Source: Octopus sinensis
Lineage: Eukaryota
NCBI RefSeq assembly: GCF_006345805.1
Contig: NC_043011.1
Coordinates: 46,574,464 to 46,638,463 of the forward strand
DNA length: 64,000 bases
Direction: 5' to 3'
The notes beneath the pieces are model-generated. The model did not search any database and had not been told where the DNA came from. It saw only the letters and a list, made by a program, of their open reading frames with translations. The position numbers were made by a program, and so were the translations under genes. Positions 42,563 to 56,487 of this stretch are shown in pieces (within the stretch, counting starts at the first letter, position 1; each line of letters opens with the position of its first letter).

Positions 42563-43079
42563 ATAATGATAATCCTTGGATGGAGTTTATAAATATTATT
42601 AAAATATTAAAATATTTATAAATTTCATACATGGACTATTATTATTATTATTGTTATTATTATTACTATATTTATCCTACATTATATTGGTACTGCTCGG
42701 TATGACCCCAAAAATCTAGTATCACTAGTTAGCATCATTTGACTGTAGCTGGCATAATAAAATAGGAGCTTTTATCTACATATTCAAAATGTTTCCTGTA
42801 AACAGATTCAAAGGATATATATTTGCACCGAAAACCAACATGTGCCAATACTTGCACTCAACTACCCAAACACAGCAAAATTTGCACTGATCAACTTCAC
42901 ACAAACTGGCGTCTTTGACCAACACACATATACCAATATATTCTCTTATTCTTTTGCTGTTTCAGTAACACAATGCTGGAATACCACTTTTATGCTTTTT
43001 TAATTAAATTTTTCAAAAAATATTTTCAACTTCGTTGAATTTTTAATGCTAGATGCTTATCATTAAATGAGCCTGTAGC

Positions 43080-43139
<60 letters not shown>

Positions 43140-43512
43140 GTGTGTGTGTGTCAGAAGTCACTCTAGCAATACTGGTAACATGTAATCCAGTACAACCTGT
43201 TGCATAGGCAGGTCACTGGCAACTAAACCGGTAATCCCCACCAAGCTTGCTTGGTGAAGAGGGTGATTTTGGACACCCTGTAGGATAAAAAACAAGACCC
43301 CTCAAAGAGTAAAGGAGCTCAGGAGAGTCAACAGCCATTCAATTTAGTAAAGGGTAGATGGTGCTCACCAGTCGTAGTGAAGAAGATCCTTCTAGGAGAA
43401 GGAAATCTCTGAAATAAAACTGTTCAGTGAGGACTTGCAACCAGCTGATACCATTTTGCATAGAAAAAATTATGACATGAATATGCTACAATTTTGTCTA
43501 TGAACAACTCTC

Positions 43513-43923
43513 TTTTATTCTTTTACTCTTTTACTTGTTTTAGTCATTTGACTGTGGCCATGCTGGAGCACCGCCTTTAATCGATCAACTCGATCCCAGG
43601 ACTTATTCTTTTGCAAGCCCAGTACTTATTCTATCGGTCTCTTTTGCCGAACCGCTAAGTAACAGGGACATAAACACACCAGCATCGGTTGTCAAGCAAT
43701 GCTAGGGGGACAAACACAGACACACAAACCCAGACACGCATATATATATATACATATATACAATGGGCTTCTTTCAGTTTCCGTCTACCAAATCCACTCA
43801 CAAGGCTTTGGTTGGCCCAAAGCTATAGAGGAAGACACTTGCCCAGGGTGCCACGCAGTGGGACTGAACCCGGAACCATGTGGTTCGTAAACAAGCTACT
43901 TACCACACAGCCACTCCTGCGCC
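43513..43923 (-). mobile_element. SINE family A (inside 1579-bp duplication, unit 1)
   Basis: Family alignment. Confidence 0.9.
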
Positions 43924-44652
43924 TGATAATAATACTATATAAGTATTCACCTAGAAGGCCACTCCAATATAAACCCAACAGCTTGCTGCTCACCACAGCG
44001 GTCTCAGCTCACTGAATCACTGTAGACAGACCCCCAAGTCTAAAAGAGTGGGATTGGATTGCATTGACTGACCTCATTTTAAAAATACTAAGTACAGACA
44101 GGAAGAAAAGCCCAAAAGCAATGGCGAAGAGACAAAAATTACAGGTACTGGAGGGTTTTTGCAGTTGTAGCGTCAACTTCCCATCTAGGCCTTACCACTT
44201 TTCTTCATGATCTTCAGACATGAAGAACTGCTATCATTAACTTAACTTACTGTTTTTATAAAGTTTGTATCTTTTAGTTACTTTCTCTGGATCTCTCTCC
44301 TCTCTACCTTTCTTTCCTCTCTCACACAACACATACACACATTTGTAAGTATATGGTGACTTTCTGGACAATTTCCAGCTACGAGATATCATTGACGTCC
44401 ATTGATCAACCCAAGGTGATGGCAAAACACTACGCATTGAGATCAAACTCAAAACCACATCATTATGAAGTAACTTACTTAACCACTGTGCACAAGTATG
44501 TGTGCATGTGCATGTGTGTATGGGTGATTGTATGTGCATATGTATGTGTGTATATATATATATGTGCCTGTCTGTGTATATATATATATCATCATCATCA
44601 TCATCATCATCGTTTAACGTCCGCTTTCCATGCTAGCATGGGTTGGATGGGA

Positions 44653-44716
<64 letters not shown>

Positions 44717-45091
44717 GTGTGTGTGTGTGTCAGAAGTCACTCTAGCAATACTGGTAACATGTAATCCAGTACAACCTGTTGCATAGGCAGGTCACTGGCA
44801 ACTAAACCGGTAATCCCCACCAAGCTTGCTTGGTGAAGAGGGTGATTTTGGACACCCTGTAGGATAAAAAACAAGACCCCTCAAAGAGTAAAGGAGCTCA
44901 GGAGAGTCAACAGCCATTCAATTTAGTAAAGGGTAGATGGTGCTCACCAGTCGTAGTGAAGAAGATCCTTCTAGGAGAAGGAAATCTCTGAAATAAAACT
45001 GTTCAGTGAGGACTTGCAACCAGCTGATACCATTTTGCATAGAAAAAATTATGACATGAATATGCTACAATTTTGTCTATGAACAACTCTC

Positions 45092-45502
45092 TTTTATTCT
45101 TTTACTCTTTTACTTGTTTTAGTCATTTGACTGTGGCCATGCTGGAGCACCGCCTTTAATCGATCAACTCGACCCCGGGACTTATTCTTTTGCAAGCCCA
45201 GTACTTATTCTATCGGTCTCTTTTGCCGAACCGCTAAGTAACAGGGACATAAACACACCAGCATCGGTTGTCAAGCAATGCTAGGGGGACAAACACAGAC
45301 ACACAAACCCAGACACGCATATATATATATACATATATACAACGGGCTTCTTTCAGTTTCCGTCTACCAAATCCACTCACAAGGCTTTGGTTGGCCCAAA
45401 GCTATAGAGGAAGACACTTGCCCAGGGTGCCACGCAGTGGGACTGAACCCGGAACCATGTGGTTCGTAAACAAGCTACTTACCACACAGCCACTCCTGCA
45501 CC
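45092..45502 (-). mobile_element. SINE family A (inside 1579-bp duplication, unit 2)
   Basis: Near-identical to 43513-43923. Confidence 0.9.
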
Positions 45503-46263
45503 TGATAATAATACTATATAAGTATTCACCTAGAAGGCCACTCCAATATAAACCCAACAGCTTGCTGCTCACCACAGCTGTCTCAGCTCACTGAATCACT
45601 GTAGACAGACCCCCAAGTCTAAAGAGTGGGATTGGATTGCATTGACTGACCTCATTTTAAAAATACTAAGTACAGACAGGAAGAAAAGCCCAAAAGCAAT
45701 GGCGAAGAGACAAAAATTACAGGTACTGGAGGGTTTTTGCAGTTGTAGCGTCAACTTCCCATCTAGGCCTTACCACTTTTCTTCATGATCTTCAGACATG
45801 AAGAACTGCTATCATTAACTTAACTTACTGTTTTTATAAAGTTTGTATCTTTTAGTTACTTTCTCTGGATCTCTCTCCTCTCTACCTTTCTTTCCTCTCT
45901 CACACAAACACATACACACATTTGTAAGTATATGGTGACTTTCTGGACAATTTCCAGCTACGAGATATCATTGACGTCCATTGATCAACCCAAGGTGATG
46001 GCAAAACACTACGCATTGAGATCAAACTCAAAACCACATCATTATGAAGTAACTTACTTAACCACTGTGCACAAGTATGTGTGCATGTGCATGTGTGTAT
46101 GGGTGATTGTATGTGCATATGTATGTGTGTATATATATATATGTGCCTGTCTGTGTATATATATATATCATCATCATCATCATCATCATCGTTTAACGTC
46201 CGCTTTCCATGCTAGCATGGGTTGGATGGGAATATATATATATATATATAATATATATATATA

Positions 46264-46294
<31 letters not shown>

Positions 46295-47305
46295 CATCGG
46301 TAAAACATTAATCTGAAAAAGAAACACACAAAATTATAGAGCAGTATAGTGTGTAAGGATAGGTAAGGCCAGTTTATGGGATAACCACAGGTTTCATGTC
46401 CATAAAGCACTTAGCTTTACAGCATGTCATCAGACCACAAAACCTGTTGGCACATGGCCTCTGTAGCCAGTGGCCTCTCTAGAAAATGGTGGAGGAAAAA
46501 ACTTTGTCACTCTACATCAACAACAGGGGATTGTCTCCCTTTGGCTGTTATTCATAATTTACTCGGTTATCATGTGGGTCCCAAGACACCAGCAGGAATT
46601 TCCTGAAGTGCAAACAGGGTCCAAAGACTTAATATATATATATATATAAATATATATATATATATGAAAAGTTCCTGACTGTAAGGATATCATGAAAGGC
46701 CTGGTTGGATGACCCACATTCCAAGTTCTTTTACAGGGCTTAAAAAACCTGAAGGACCTTTGCAATAGACGTGTGAATCCAAAACCACGCACATATATAT
46801 AATGAGATAGATACAGAGAAAGAGAGAGAGGAGAGAGAAAAAAAGAGAGAAAGAAATAGAGAGAGAGAAAGAGAGAGAGAGTTATATAGATTTGTACTTT
46901 AATTCCTATTGTCTTCACACCACTTTTGTCCAACGTATCTGCTGTTAAGCAATTGTAACTTTCTATAAATATTATTATTTATTCATCCAGCATAGCTTCA
47001 GTTGGAAACTCTAGCATTACATATTCATTCATTCATCCATTCATCCATTTATTCATTTCTCTGTTCATTATTCTCTGTATTTATCTCTTTTATGATCTGA
47101 TTAAAAGTGCTCTGCCCTCACAGACAATTGCAGCAATCAAGTGTTCTAAGACGCAAACTAAACTCTATATCTGTTGTCTCTTCATGATATTTACTACTTT
47201 GTCTTTCTGACTCTAAATAGCTTTTGCTTGTCATAAACTCTGTACCACGTCCATCACTATCCCCATGGCTCATCCAATTTATCTTACATATATATATATA
47301 TATAT

Positions 47306-47720
47306 GGTGCAGGAGTGGCTGTGTGGTAAGTAGCTTGTTTACCAACCACATGGTTCCGGGTTCAGTCCCACTGTGTGGCACCTTGGGCAAGAGTCTTCTA
47401 CTATAGCCTCGGGCTGACCAAAGCCTTGTGAGTGGATTTGGTAGACAGAAACTGAAAGAAGCCCGTCGTATATATGTATATATATATATATGCATGTGTG
47501 TGTTTGTGTGTCTGTGTTTGTTCCCCTAGCATTGCTTGACAACTGATGCTGGTGTGTTTATGTCCCCGTTACTTAGTGGTTTGGCAAAAGAGACTGGTGG
47601 AATAAGTACTGGGCTTACAAAAGAATAAGTCCCAGGGTCGAGTTGCTTGATTAAAGGTGGTGCTCCAGCATGGCCGCAGTCAAATGACTGAAACAAGTAA
47701 AGGAGTAAAAGAGTAAAGAG
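47306..47720 (+). mobile_element. SINE family A
   Basis: Full-length family alignment. Confidence 0.9.
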
Positions 47721-47869
47721 AGTATATCACAAAAAATTCGCTGCTAATATTACTGGTGTTTAGCTGTAGCCAGCTCTGATTTCATAGGTCTAAGATTAAC
47801 AAAGTGTTCCACCATTGACTATCTTGTCCTTTTATATTGTATAATATTGTATTATTATCATTATTAAGA

Positions 47870-48305
47870 GAGAGAGCAGCACATGCCATCAAGGGAAACC
47901 GGGATACAAATATGCAAGCCCAATATATCCATCATGACTGATAAGGGAACACCAGGCACATGCATCACAACCATATGTGCACGACAGTGATCTCATATCC
48001 AGACAAACAACACATGACCTTGCAGGTGGGGTCCAGTTAGAATTTTTTCAAGTCAAGGAGCTCATCCTTCTCAAAAGGTCCCTAAATAAGGTTTGTTTAA
48101 AAATGATGAATTAAATACCCATTATTCAAACCCTAAAGAATTCCCCTCGACACATGGTTATGATGCTTCCCCCCACTACTTCTCATGATCAGAGATGCAC
48201 ATATCGTCAGCCACTAAGGGACATGGTCAACTGGTTAAGGTCAAGCAACTGACAAGTAAATCTGTAGTATTGAACAGAATATTTGCTGTAGTCCATATTT
48301 TATAC
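47870..48305 (-). mobile_element. (AAT)n-tailed repeat family, copy 2 (more decayed)
   Basis: Reverse complement of about 9810-10258, with small deletions. Confidence 0.75.
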
Positions 48306-48528
48306 CAGTTATATCATTGTTTTTACTATTTCCACTGAGGTCGACTTTGCCTTTCATCCTTTTGGGTTCAATAAATTAAGTACCAGTGAAACACTGGGGT
48401 TGATGTAACCAACCACTCCCTTCCCACCAAATTCCAAGTCTTGTGCCTATAGCAGAAAAAAAAAAAAAATAATAATAATAATAGTAATAATAATAATAGT
48501 AATAATAATAATAATAGTAATAATAATA

Positions 48529-48573
<45 letters not shown>

Positions 48574-49060
48574 GAGTGAGAGAGCAGTGCATGCCATCAA
48601 AGTGATACTGGGGTAAAATATACGAAGCCCAGTATACCCATCATGACTACCCAACTGATAAAGGTACACCAGGTACATGCATCACAACCATATGTGTGCG
48701 ACATGGTGATCTCAAGATAAACAGCACATGACCTTGCAGGTGGGGTTCAGTTAGAATTTTCTTCTGGTTGAGTAGCCCATCCCGCTCAAAAGGTCCCTGA
48801 ATAAGGATTGTTTAAGGATGTTGAACGAAACACCCATGTCTGCTAAGGTGAATTATCCAGACCTCCAAGAATCCCTTTCCACACATGGCTATGATACTCC
48901 CCACACTGCTTCTACTTGTGATCAGAGATGCACATATCGTCAGCCACTAAGGGATGTGATCAACTTGTTAAGGTCAAGCAACTGACAAGCAAATCTGTGG
49001 TATTGAGCAGAATATTTGCTGTAGCCCACCTTTTATACCAAGACAAAACAATGTACATGA
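48574..49060 (-). mobile_element. (AAT)n-tailed repeat family, copy 3
   Basis: Reverse complement of about 9780-10258; (ATT)n arrays on both sides. Confidence 0.75.
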
Positions 49061-49076
49061 TTATCATTATTATTAA

Positions 49077-49126
<50 letters not shown>

Positions 49127-49399
49127 GTCCATTTTCCATGTTGGTTTGGATTGGGTGGTTTGATAGGCACTGGCAAGCCAGAAGACTGCATCAGGCTACT
49201 CGAATATTGTGTTACCTTATTATTCTGTTGCTTTCATCACCAAGCATCCATCCTCATTTGAGAATTACCCCTAGGCTTAAAACTTTGAGTAATGAGATCT
49301 AAAGTGACTTGACCTACCATACATAATACACATTTTAATTCATCTGTCAACAAAGCTATTCTGTAAATAATGATATCAAGAATTATTACCCCCATATAA

Positions 49400-49434
<35 letters not shown>

Positions 49435-49654
49435 ACATCCAATTTATATATGTCAGTCTATTGTATGTTATAATATTCTGTTATTTAGTTGTATTTTAAT
49501 GCTTTCTTTTTGTTTTGGTGTCTATTAAAGAAATGTATGAATGTTGTTGCGGTGATGGAAGGGATTGTGGTGGTGCTCATTATTATTCTGTTTGAGTTGA
49601 ATTTCTAACATATTGTGATATATTTGCGTTGCTCTTATATTATATTTAGAAATT

Positions 49655-49950
49655 GTTATTATTTTTGGTTGGGCTCAGGTTTGGTCTTATTCCTTGTAGA
49701 ATTTATGTGAGTATCGGGTTACTATTTGTAACATTAGGTACCCACAAGTTTTCAGCAGTCTTTCAAGTGTTTAGAACCCTCCTGATAATCCTTGCTCTCT
49801 CTAAGAGACAAATTTTCACAGGAGCTCCACCAGGCATTCTATTTCAATCTCCTTCAGCCATTTGTCTAAATCTTGGCTTACCGTTTCCAACACACCAATT
49901 ATTACAGGCATGATCTTTACTGTTTGCATGCTCCAAATTCTTCCTAAGTC
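49655..49950 (-). mobile_element. 5'-truncated R4/Dong-type non-LTR retrotransposon 3' end (REL endonuclease C-terminus plus 3' UTR)
   Basis: Minus frame GRIWSMQTVKIMPVIIGVLETVSQDLDKWLKEIEIECLVELL*KICLLERARIIRRVLNT*, matching the R2/R4-class pattern W..K.V.V.PVVIGALG.V...L..WL..LGI....LQK..LL..A.ILR.VL. The 5' side abuts an AAT array and the 3' end runs into a short AAT-like tail. Confidence 0.8.
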
Positions 49951-50017
49951 AAATTATTATCATTATTATTATTATTATTATTATCATTATTATCATCATC
50001 ATCATCCTCATTATTAT

Positions 50018-50482
50018 TAAGGCAGCAAGCTGGCAGGATTGTTGGCATGGGGGTGAAATGCTTATCAGTATTTTGCCCATTGCTATGTTCTAAGTTCAAA
50101 TTCTGTTGAGGTTGACTTTGCCTTTCATACTTTTAGGGTCGATAAATTAAGTACCAGTGAAACACTGGGGTTGATGTAATCAACTAGTCCCCTCCTCACT
50201 CAAATATCAGCCCTTGTGCCTATAGTAGAAAGGATTATTATTATAATTACTATTATTTATTTCTTTATTGCCCTCAGGGGGCTAAACATAGAGAAGACAA
50301 ACAAGGACTGACAAAGGGATTAAGTCAATAACATCGACCCCAGTGTGCAACTGGTACTTATTTAAGTGATTCCGAAAGGATGAAAGGCAAAGTTGACCGT
50401 GACAGAATTTGAACTCAGAACCTAACGGCAGATGAAATAGCGCCAGGCATTTTGCCTGGCATACTAACGATTCTGCCATCTC
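50018..50482. mobile_element. Tail-to-tail inverted pair of SINE family B
   Basis: 50018-50235(+) and 50258-50482(-), separated by a short ATT tract. Confidence 0.85.
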
Positions 50483-51094
50483 GCCGCCCTTATTATTACT
50501 ATTATTAACTGATATACATTTGCAAAGACGAAAATAAGTTAGAAAATATTTAAAAAATGAGAAAAATAACCTCCCTGCTTTCAATAAAAAAAATACCAGA
50601 GAAGTCTCAAGAAAATGTCATCAATGTTGAAATCAGAATATGTCTAGCTGAATTATAGAACTGATACATGTCTTTTATGAATATTTCTTCACAGCCATAC
50701 CCCCATCAACTCTCTTTCTCTTGTTATCCCACGTTTACAATTCAATTCAAAATTTTTTGCGACTTCATTCCAGAACAGCTAAAAAGTTGGAATAGTTAAA
50801 AAAGGAAAGAAACATTTGTGTGTATGTCTACACCATGCACTCACTAAATCACGTTATCTTTTGGTGGGGTAAAATATTTCAAGTGTAAAAGTTATGTGTC
50901 TAATTGAATTAATAGAATGTCAAAATGGATCTCTGATAGCATCAGACTGTCAGAACTGAGAAGTTACAAGGACTCACTACATTAGTCTTGGCTCTGTAGA
51001 CAGACTTTTACTTTAATATTCTTACTGAGGGTTAAATAGGCCTTGACAGTTCTTACATAAATGTAAATGGATTTCTGTTGTTTGCTACACTGTG

Positions 51095-51527
51095 TACTCT
51101 TTACTCTTTTACTTGTTTCAGTCATTCGATTGTGGCCATGCTGGAGCACCGCCTTTAGTCGAGCAAATCGACCCCAGGACTTATTCTTTGTGAGTGAGTC
51201 TAGTACTTATTCTATCGTTCTATTGGTCTCATTTGCTTAACCGCTAAGTTACAGGGACGTAAACACACCAGCATCGGTTGTCAAGTGATGTTGGGCAGAC
51301 AAACACAGACACACAAATGTATACACACACACGTACATATATATATACATATATATATATACACGACGGGCTTCTTTCAGTTTCTGTCTACCAAATCCAC
51401 TCACAAGGCTTTGGTCAGCCCGAGGCTATAGTAGAAGGCACTTGCCCAAGTTGCCACACAGTGGGACTGAACCCGAAACCATGTGGTTGGTAAACAAGCT
51501 ACTTACCACACAGTCACTCCTACACCT
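51095..51527 (-). mobile_element. SINE family A
   Basis: Full-length family alignment. Confidence 0.9.
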
Positions 51528-51759
51528 ATTTCAGTTTCTTTCTTTTTATTTTATCATTTACCCTCCATACTCATTGAATTAGAGAGTAAATGTGGCTGAG
51601 TATGCCAAAGGCACATGTTCTGTTCTTGTAATTTTCAGATAGAATCTGAAAACTAGATGGGATGGTCAGAGCTAGAGTGTCTTTATTTAAGGTCTGCTCT
51701 CATTGGGTTGAGCTGGGACTGGACAACAATAATCACATGAAGATGAATGGTGGTTACAT

Positions 51760-51984
51760 GTTGACTCTTTTGCATTTAATCTGGCTATCTCTATCCTAAG
51801 AATTTTATTTGATTTATCTTCAAAGTAGCCAGACCTGGCCTCTCACACCTATCCTATAATGTCACTTTAAAAATAAACAGTTACATTACCAAAATTTCAA
51901 AGCTCCATGATAATGTATGATTAATTCTAAACAATGTATATAAGCATTACATTTGCCAGCATAACCTGAATACTAAAGGGTTAA
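51760..51984. mobile_element. Second piggyBac-like MITE family
   Basis: Ends ctaaagggTTAA. An inverted relative at 53240-53466 starts ttaactctttagtgttcag. Confidence 0.5.
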
Positions 51985-53173
51985 TATATGATATTCATCA
52001 CAACCATGTGGCATTGTATTTTTTTAACACCTTATCCAAAGAAAGGGCAGCAACGATAACCCTTGTCAGGGTCTCTAAGATTAATGGTAGAAAGGGAGTA
52101 AATTACTTGGCTCAGAGATCTGGTTCAAACACTTGCAACAGAGTGGATTTTATTAAAAGCACCCAAATGCCAAGTGGTGGTGTTAAACTGGATAATGGGT
52201 CTACAAGAGTGGTTCCTTTGATGGTCTTCCACACAGTTTCTGTTTACCAAATTCCATTCACAAAGTAATGGTGGATCTGAGGCAGCCAGTTGAGACAGTG
52301 TCATGTGACAACTTGCTGGGGCTGCCTGCTGGAGCCTAGCAGCAGGTATTTAAAGGGAGAAAATTTGACAAGTCAGTCAGTCGCCCGCTGACACTCATTG
52401 ATGCTACATTGAAGAGGCCAGGGAACAGAAGAAAGAAGATATGCACCCAATACCAGAGCTGAAGACATCTCCGAAAGGGGAGGGCCTACCACGTCAAAAC
52501 AGTAGAGGAGTAGGGGCCGAAACTGGATGTGGTTCCTCCTGATGTCTTGAACTAACTGGATCCTATAAAGGAGCTGTTGTGGTAGCAGACCATAAAACAC
52601 AGTTGAAATTCCTTGCTCACTGGTCTTAATGCAGCATTTAATTGTGCAAAAGCATTTAATTGTGAAGTGAGCTTCTTGACCACAAAGCCATACATGCACC
52701 GATCTTTGATAAACTAGATCAAGTTCAGACATGATGTAGTTTGTTCTGGCTCTGCTACCTTCGATGCCTCCTCAGTATATATTATTAACAATTTCTTACA
52801 TTGGCATAAGGCCACAACCATGTAATGGAAATCTATCGTTGACTGAATCAATGTCTGTAGATTCTTTTATTCTATTCTTGTACAGGTTTCAGCCATCCAG
52901 CTGTGGCCAAGCTGGATTACTGCCATGGTTTCCAGTATTTTTTCAATAACCTTAGAAGGATGGAAGGTAAAAATCAATTACGATGAGAATTAAATACAAA
53001 ACCGAAGGGGACAGACTTGACTGCATAGTTAAGAAAATTATTCCTTAACTCTATCTTTCCTGATTTGGTCTCACTGAAGAGAACACAGACAAATGTCTTC
53101 CGCTATAATATCTGGTTAATTAATACCTTGTAAATAGACTTTACTAGACATTGATTGTGTAGATACCCATCAT

Positions 53174-53206
<33 letters not shown>

Positions 53207-53239
53207 TGTGTCCCACATCTGTTGTTATATTTACTACAG

Positions 53240-53466
53240 TTTAACTCTTTAGTGTTCAGATTACTCTGTTAAATGTAATAATTTTTCACTCAAATTGTTT
53301 TTAATTAATCATGCATTATCTTATAGCTTTGAGGTTTCAATGATGTGATTGTTTATTTTTAGAATGTCAATGTAGGTTAGGTGTGAGAGGCTAGATATCA
53401 CCAATTTGAATATAAAACATGCAGAATATCTGAGCCAGATGTGGCCGGTTTAAACACTAAAGGGTA
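53240..53466. mobile_element. Second piggyBac-like MITE family, inverted copy
   Basis: TTAActctttag...cactaaaggg; homologous to 51760-51984. Confidence 0.5.
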
Positions 53467-54421
53467 CACTGTTATTTATTCTCAGTCTCTTTATGTCCCC
53501 TAGTGTTTTGATAAATAAAATCTGATGAAAGAGTACCATTTTGGAATAAATAGTGAAGGTGGTGCTTGGATAGTGTTCAACTAATGGTGAGAAGTGGAGT
53601 GGTTTTGAATGTTTAAAATGAGGAAATCTCATCCTTTGGGACATATATTTTGGCTATGCTATCACACAATAAATGCATCTAAGAAACACCAGTGCTTCCA
53701 TGAAGAAGATCCTACTCTCATTCAATATTCCAATCTTGTAACTGAGAAAAAAATGTAGCTGAAGACTGCAAGAACAGCTAACAAGTATGCTGAAAGAATA
53801 AAGGTGTGTCCTGTCTCACGTTCTAGTTTTTTTCACCTCGTCCTACAATGTTTTAATTGCAATACTCATGATGGAATATAGTGGAGTACAGCAGAATTAA
53901 GTTAGCTAAGTTCCCAGGAAACCAACACAATAGATCAATTTTGGTTATCAGTTGTAGACAATTCACAATCTTCTTCCATTTGCCTGTTCTTTTGAAGAGG
54001 AATACAAACGTCACACAATAAGCTTTCACTTTCAAACTATATCTGATTATTTATATTTCTGCAGGAAATCTTTGGAATTACAGTAATTATACCATTGTGA
54101 TGTCTCAATCGGAGGAACTTAAGACACTCTGCTAGAAGAGAAAAACTATTGGTAGGAACATAGTAGAATGAGGAGTGAAATGCTGTTTTTTTTTTTAAAT
54201 AAAGCAACGAAGCAAACTAAACAAGAAAACACCCATCCTCCTATAGTGTATGTATATCAACTATTCTAAATAAATAAACATAGCAATACAGACCTAGGCA
54301 ACCCACCAAGACAAAATATTATGCAATTATTAATTGTAATTTCCCATGTCAAATCTAAACTAGGTTTTTTGTTATGCAGTTTTGCTGAAAATTGATCTAC
54401 TCGTACACTTACTACCACCAT

Positions 54422-54466
<45 letters not shown>

Positions 54467-54592
54467 CACTACTACTACTAACATTATGATATTATACTCA
54501 GCATTGCCACCACTACTACTACACCACTTTTAATAGTACTGCCACCCCTATTAATACTGATATTGCTGCTGCAGCTGCTGCTGCTGCTGCTG

Positions 54593-54643
<51 letters not shown>

Positions 54644-55834
54644 TATCTTCCGCACTGCCATACTTATTAGTATTGATATTGTTGCTGCTACTGCTACTGC
54701 TGCTACTGCTACTACTACTACTACTACTACTACTACCTAAAGTTTATGTATTGATGGTAATTACAAATCTGTTGAAATAAATATTTTATTTTGTTTTGTT
54801 GTGTTTATATATTGCTATTGTGTAACTGAATCAGAAATTATCAATTGCTAAAAATGATGATGCAGATGATGATGATGATGGTAATGACGATGATGACCAT
54901 GACAACATGATGAAATGATGATGAAAGATGGTGATGCTCAGAGATACAATGATGGTGATAATGCTGATGCTGATGATTATGATGACAACTCCTTTAACAT
55001 ACAATCATTAGAGGGAAAAAATTTGGGTTTTTCCATTTTTTTTTCCTTTACCAAATTTTTTCCTCTCTCATTCTGTGCCATCCATCATTATGGCAAGAAC
55101 AATATACAACCCCTAACTTGAGAACAATGCTATATAATTACTGGCATGAAAAAGGAACCCAAGACATGTCTTGTATTGCCAACATGTTTGAGAAGGAAAC
55201 AAAAACAACAGCAAAAAAAACAAAACAATAAAAACATGTAAAATATCACACATTTTATTCCACACCTTACATACACACAGAGTCTCAGACAAACACACGC
55301 ACCACTGACAATGTTAGATATACACAGATATTCACAATTTATATTTAAAAAATCTGTACAACAACTCTGGAACATGCATAATATGGTGTTCCTTTAGATT
55401 TTTTGACAGAGAAAAGACAAAATTAAGAAGAGAAGAGCTTCACCCATTTAATGTACGTTTATGAAGCGGGTGAAAAAAAAGTCAGTGTTTTCCATGAAAC
55501 TAATGTATAGTTCTTTGAAATATGTGAGAGAAAAATGTCAGTTTTTCTATAAAGTCAGATTAGAAAATTGTGTTGAAATGATTTTGATTGTGTTGGCTTT
55601 GTGTGTGCATGTGAGTATGGGCATGTATGTGTATGTGTGTGTGTGTGTGTGCACGTTTATTCATGAGCATGAATGAATGTGTGTTTGTGTGTGTGTGTGG
55701 GTGTTGATGGAATGTTATTGAAACGAAGAAATAACTACAAATAGGAATTAAAAAATAATATTAATAAATATATTTTGAAGTGTCTGTAATAATACTTCAG
55801 TGAAGAAAATACAATGATGAATTAAGTGGTAATA

Positions 55835-55942
55835 TTGATAACCACATCAATAGTAATAATTGTAATAATAATAATAATAATGATAATAATAAATAATAAT
55901 AATAATAATAATAATAATGATAATAGTAATAATAATATAATG

Positions 55943-55985
<43 letters not shown>

Positions 55986-56008
55986 TAATAATAATAATAA
56001 TAATGATG

Positions 56009-56060
<52 letters not shown>

Positions 56061-56069
56061 TAATAGTAA

Positions 56070-56112
<43 letters not shown>

Positions 56113-56174
56113 AATAATATATAATAATAATAATAATAATATGATAATAGTAATAATAATAATAATGATAATAC

Positions 56175-56207
<33 letters not shown>

Positions 56208-56230
56208 TAATAATAATAATAATAATGATG

Positions 56231-56279
<49 letters not shown>

Positions 56280-56288
56280 TAATAGTAA

Positions 56289-56331
<43 letters not shown>

Positions 56332-56341
56332 AATAATGATA

Positions 56342-56377
<36 letters not shown>

Positions 56378-56379
56378 TG

Positions 56380-56460
<81 letters not shown>

Positions 56461-56487
56461 TAATAGTAATAATAATAATAATAATAA
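55835..56487. repeat. Long (AAT)n array with recurring variant cassettes
   Basis: Direct inspection; atgatgat at 56003 and 56225, and repeated gataatagt and tactaat variants. Confidence 0.97.

Larger units (their letters stand above)
43151..46232 (+). repeat. Direct tandem duplication, 2 units, period 1579 bp
   Basis: tcagaagtca at 43151 and 44730; ggttggatgg at 44641 and 46220. The units differ by a few substitutions and 1-bp indels. Confidence 0.95.
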
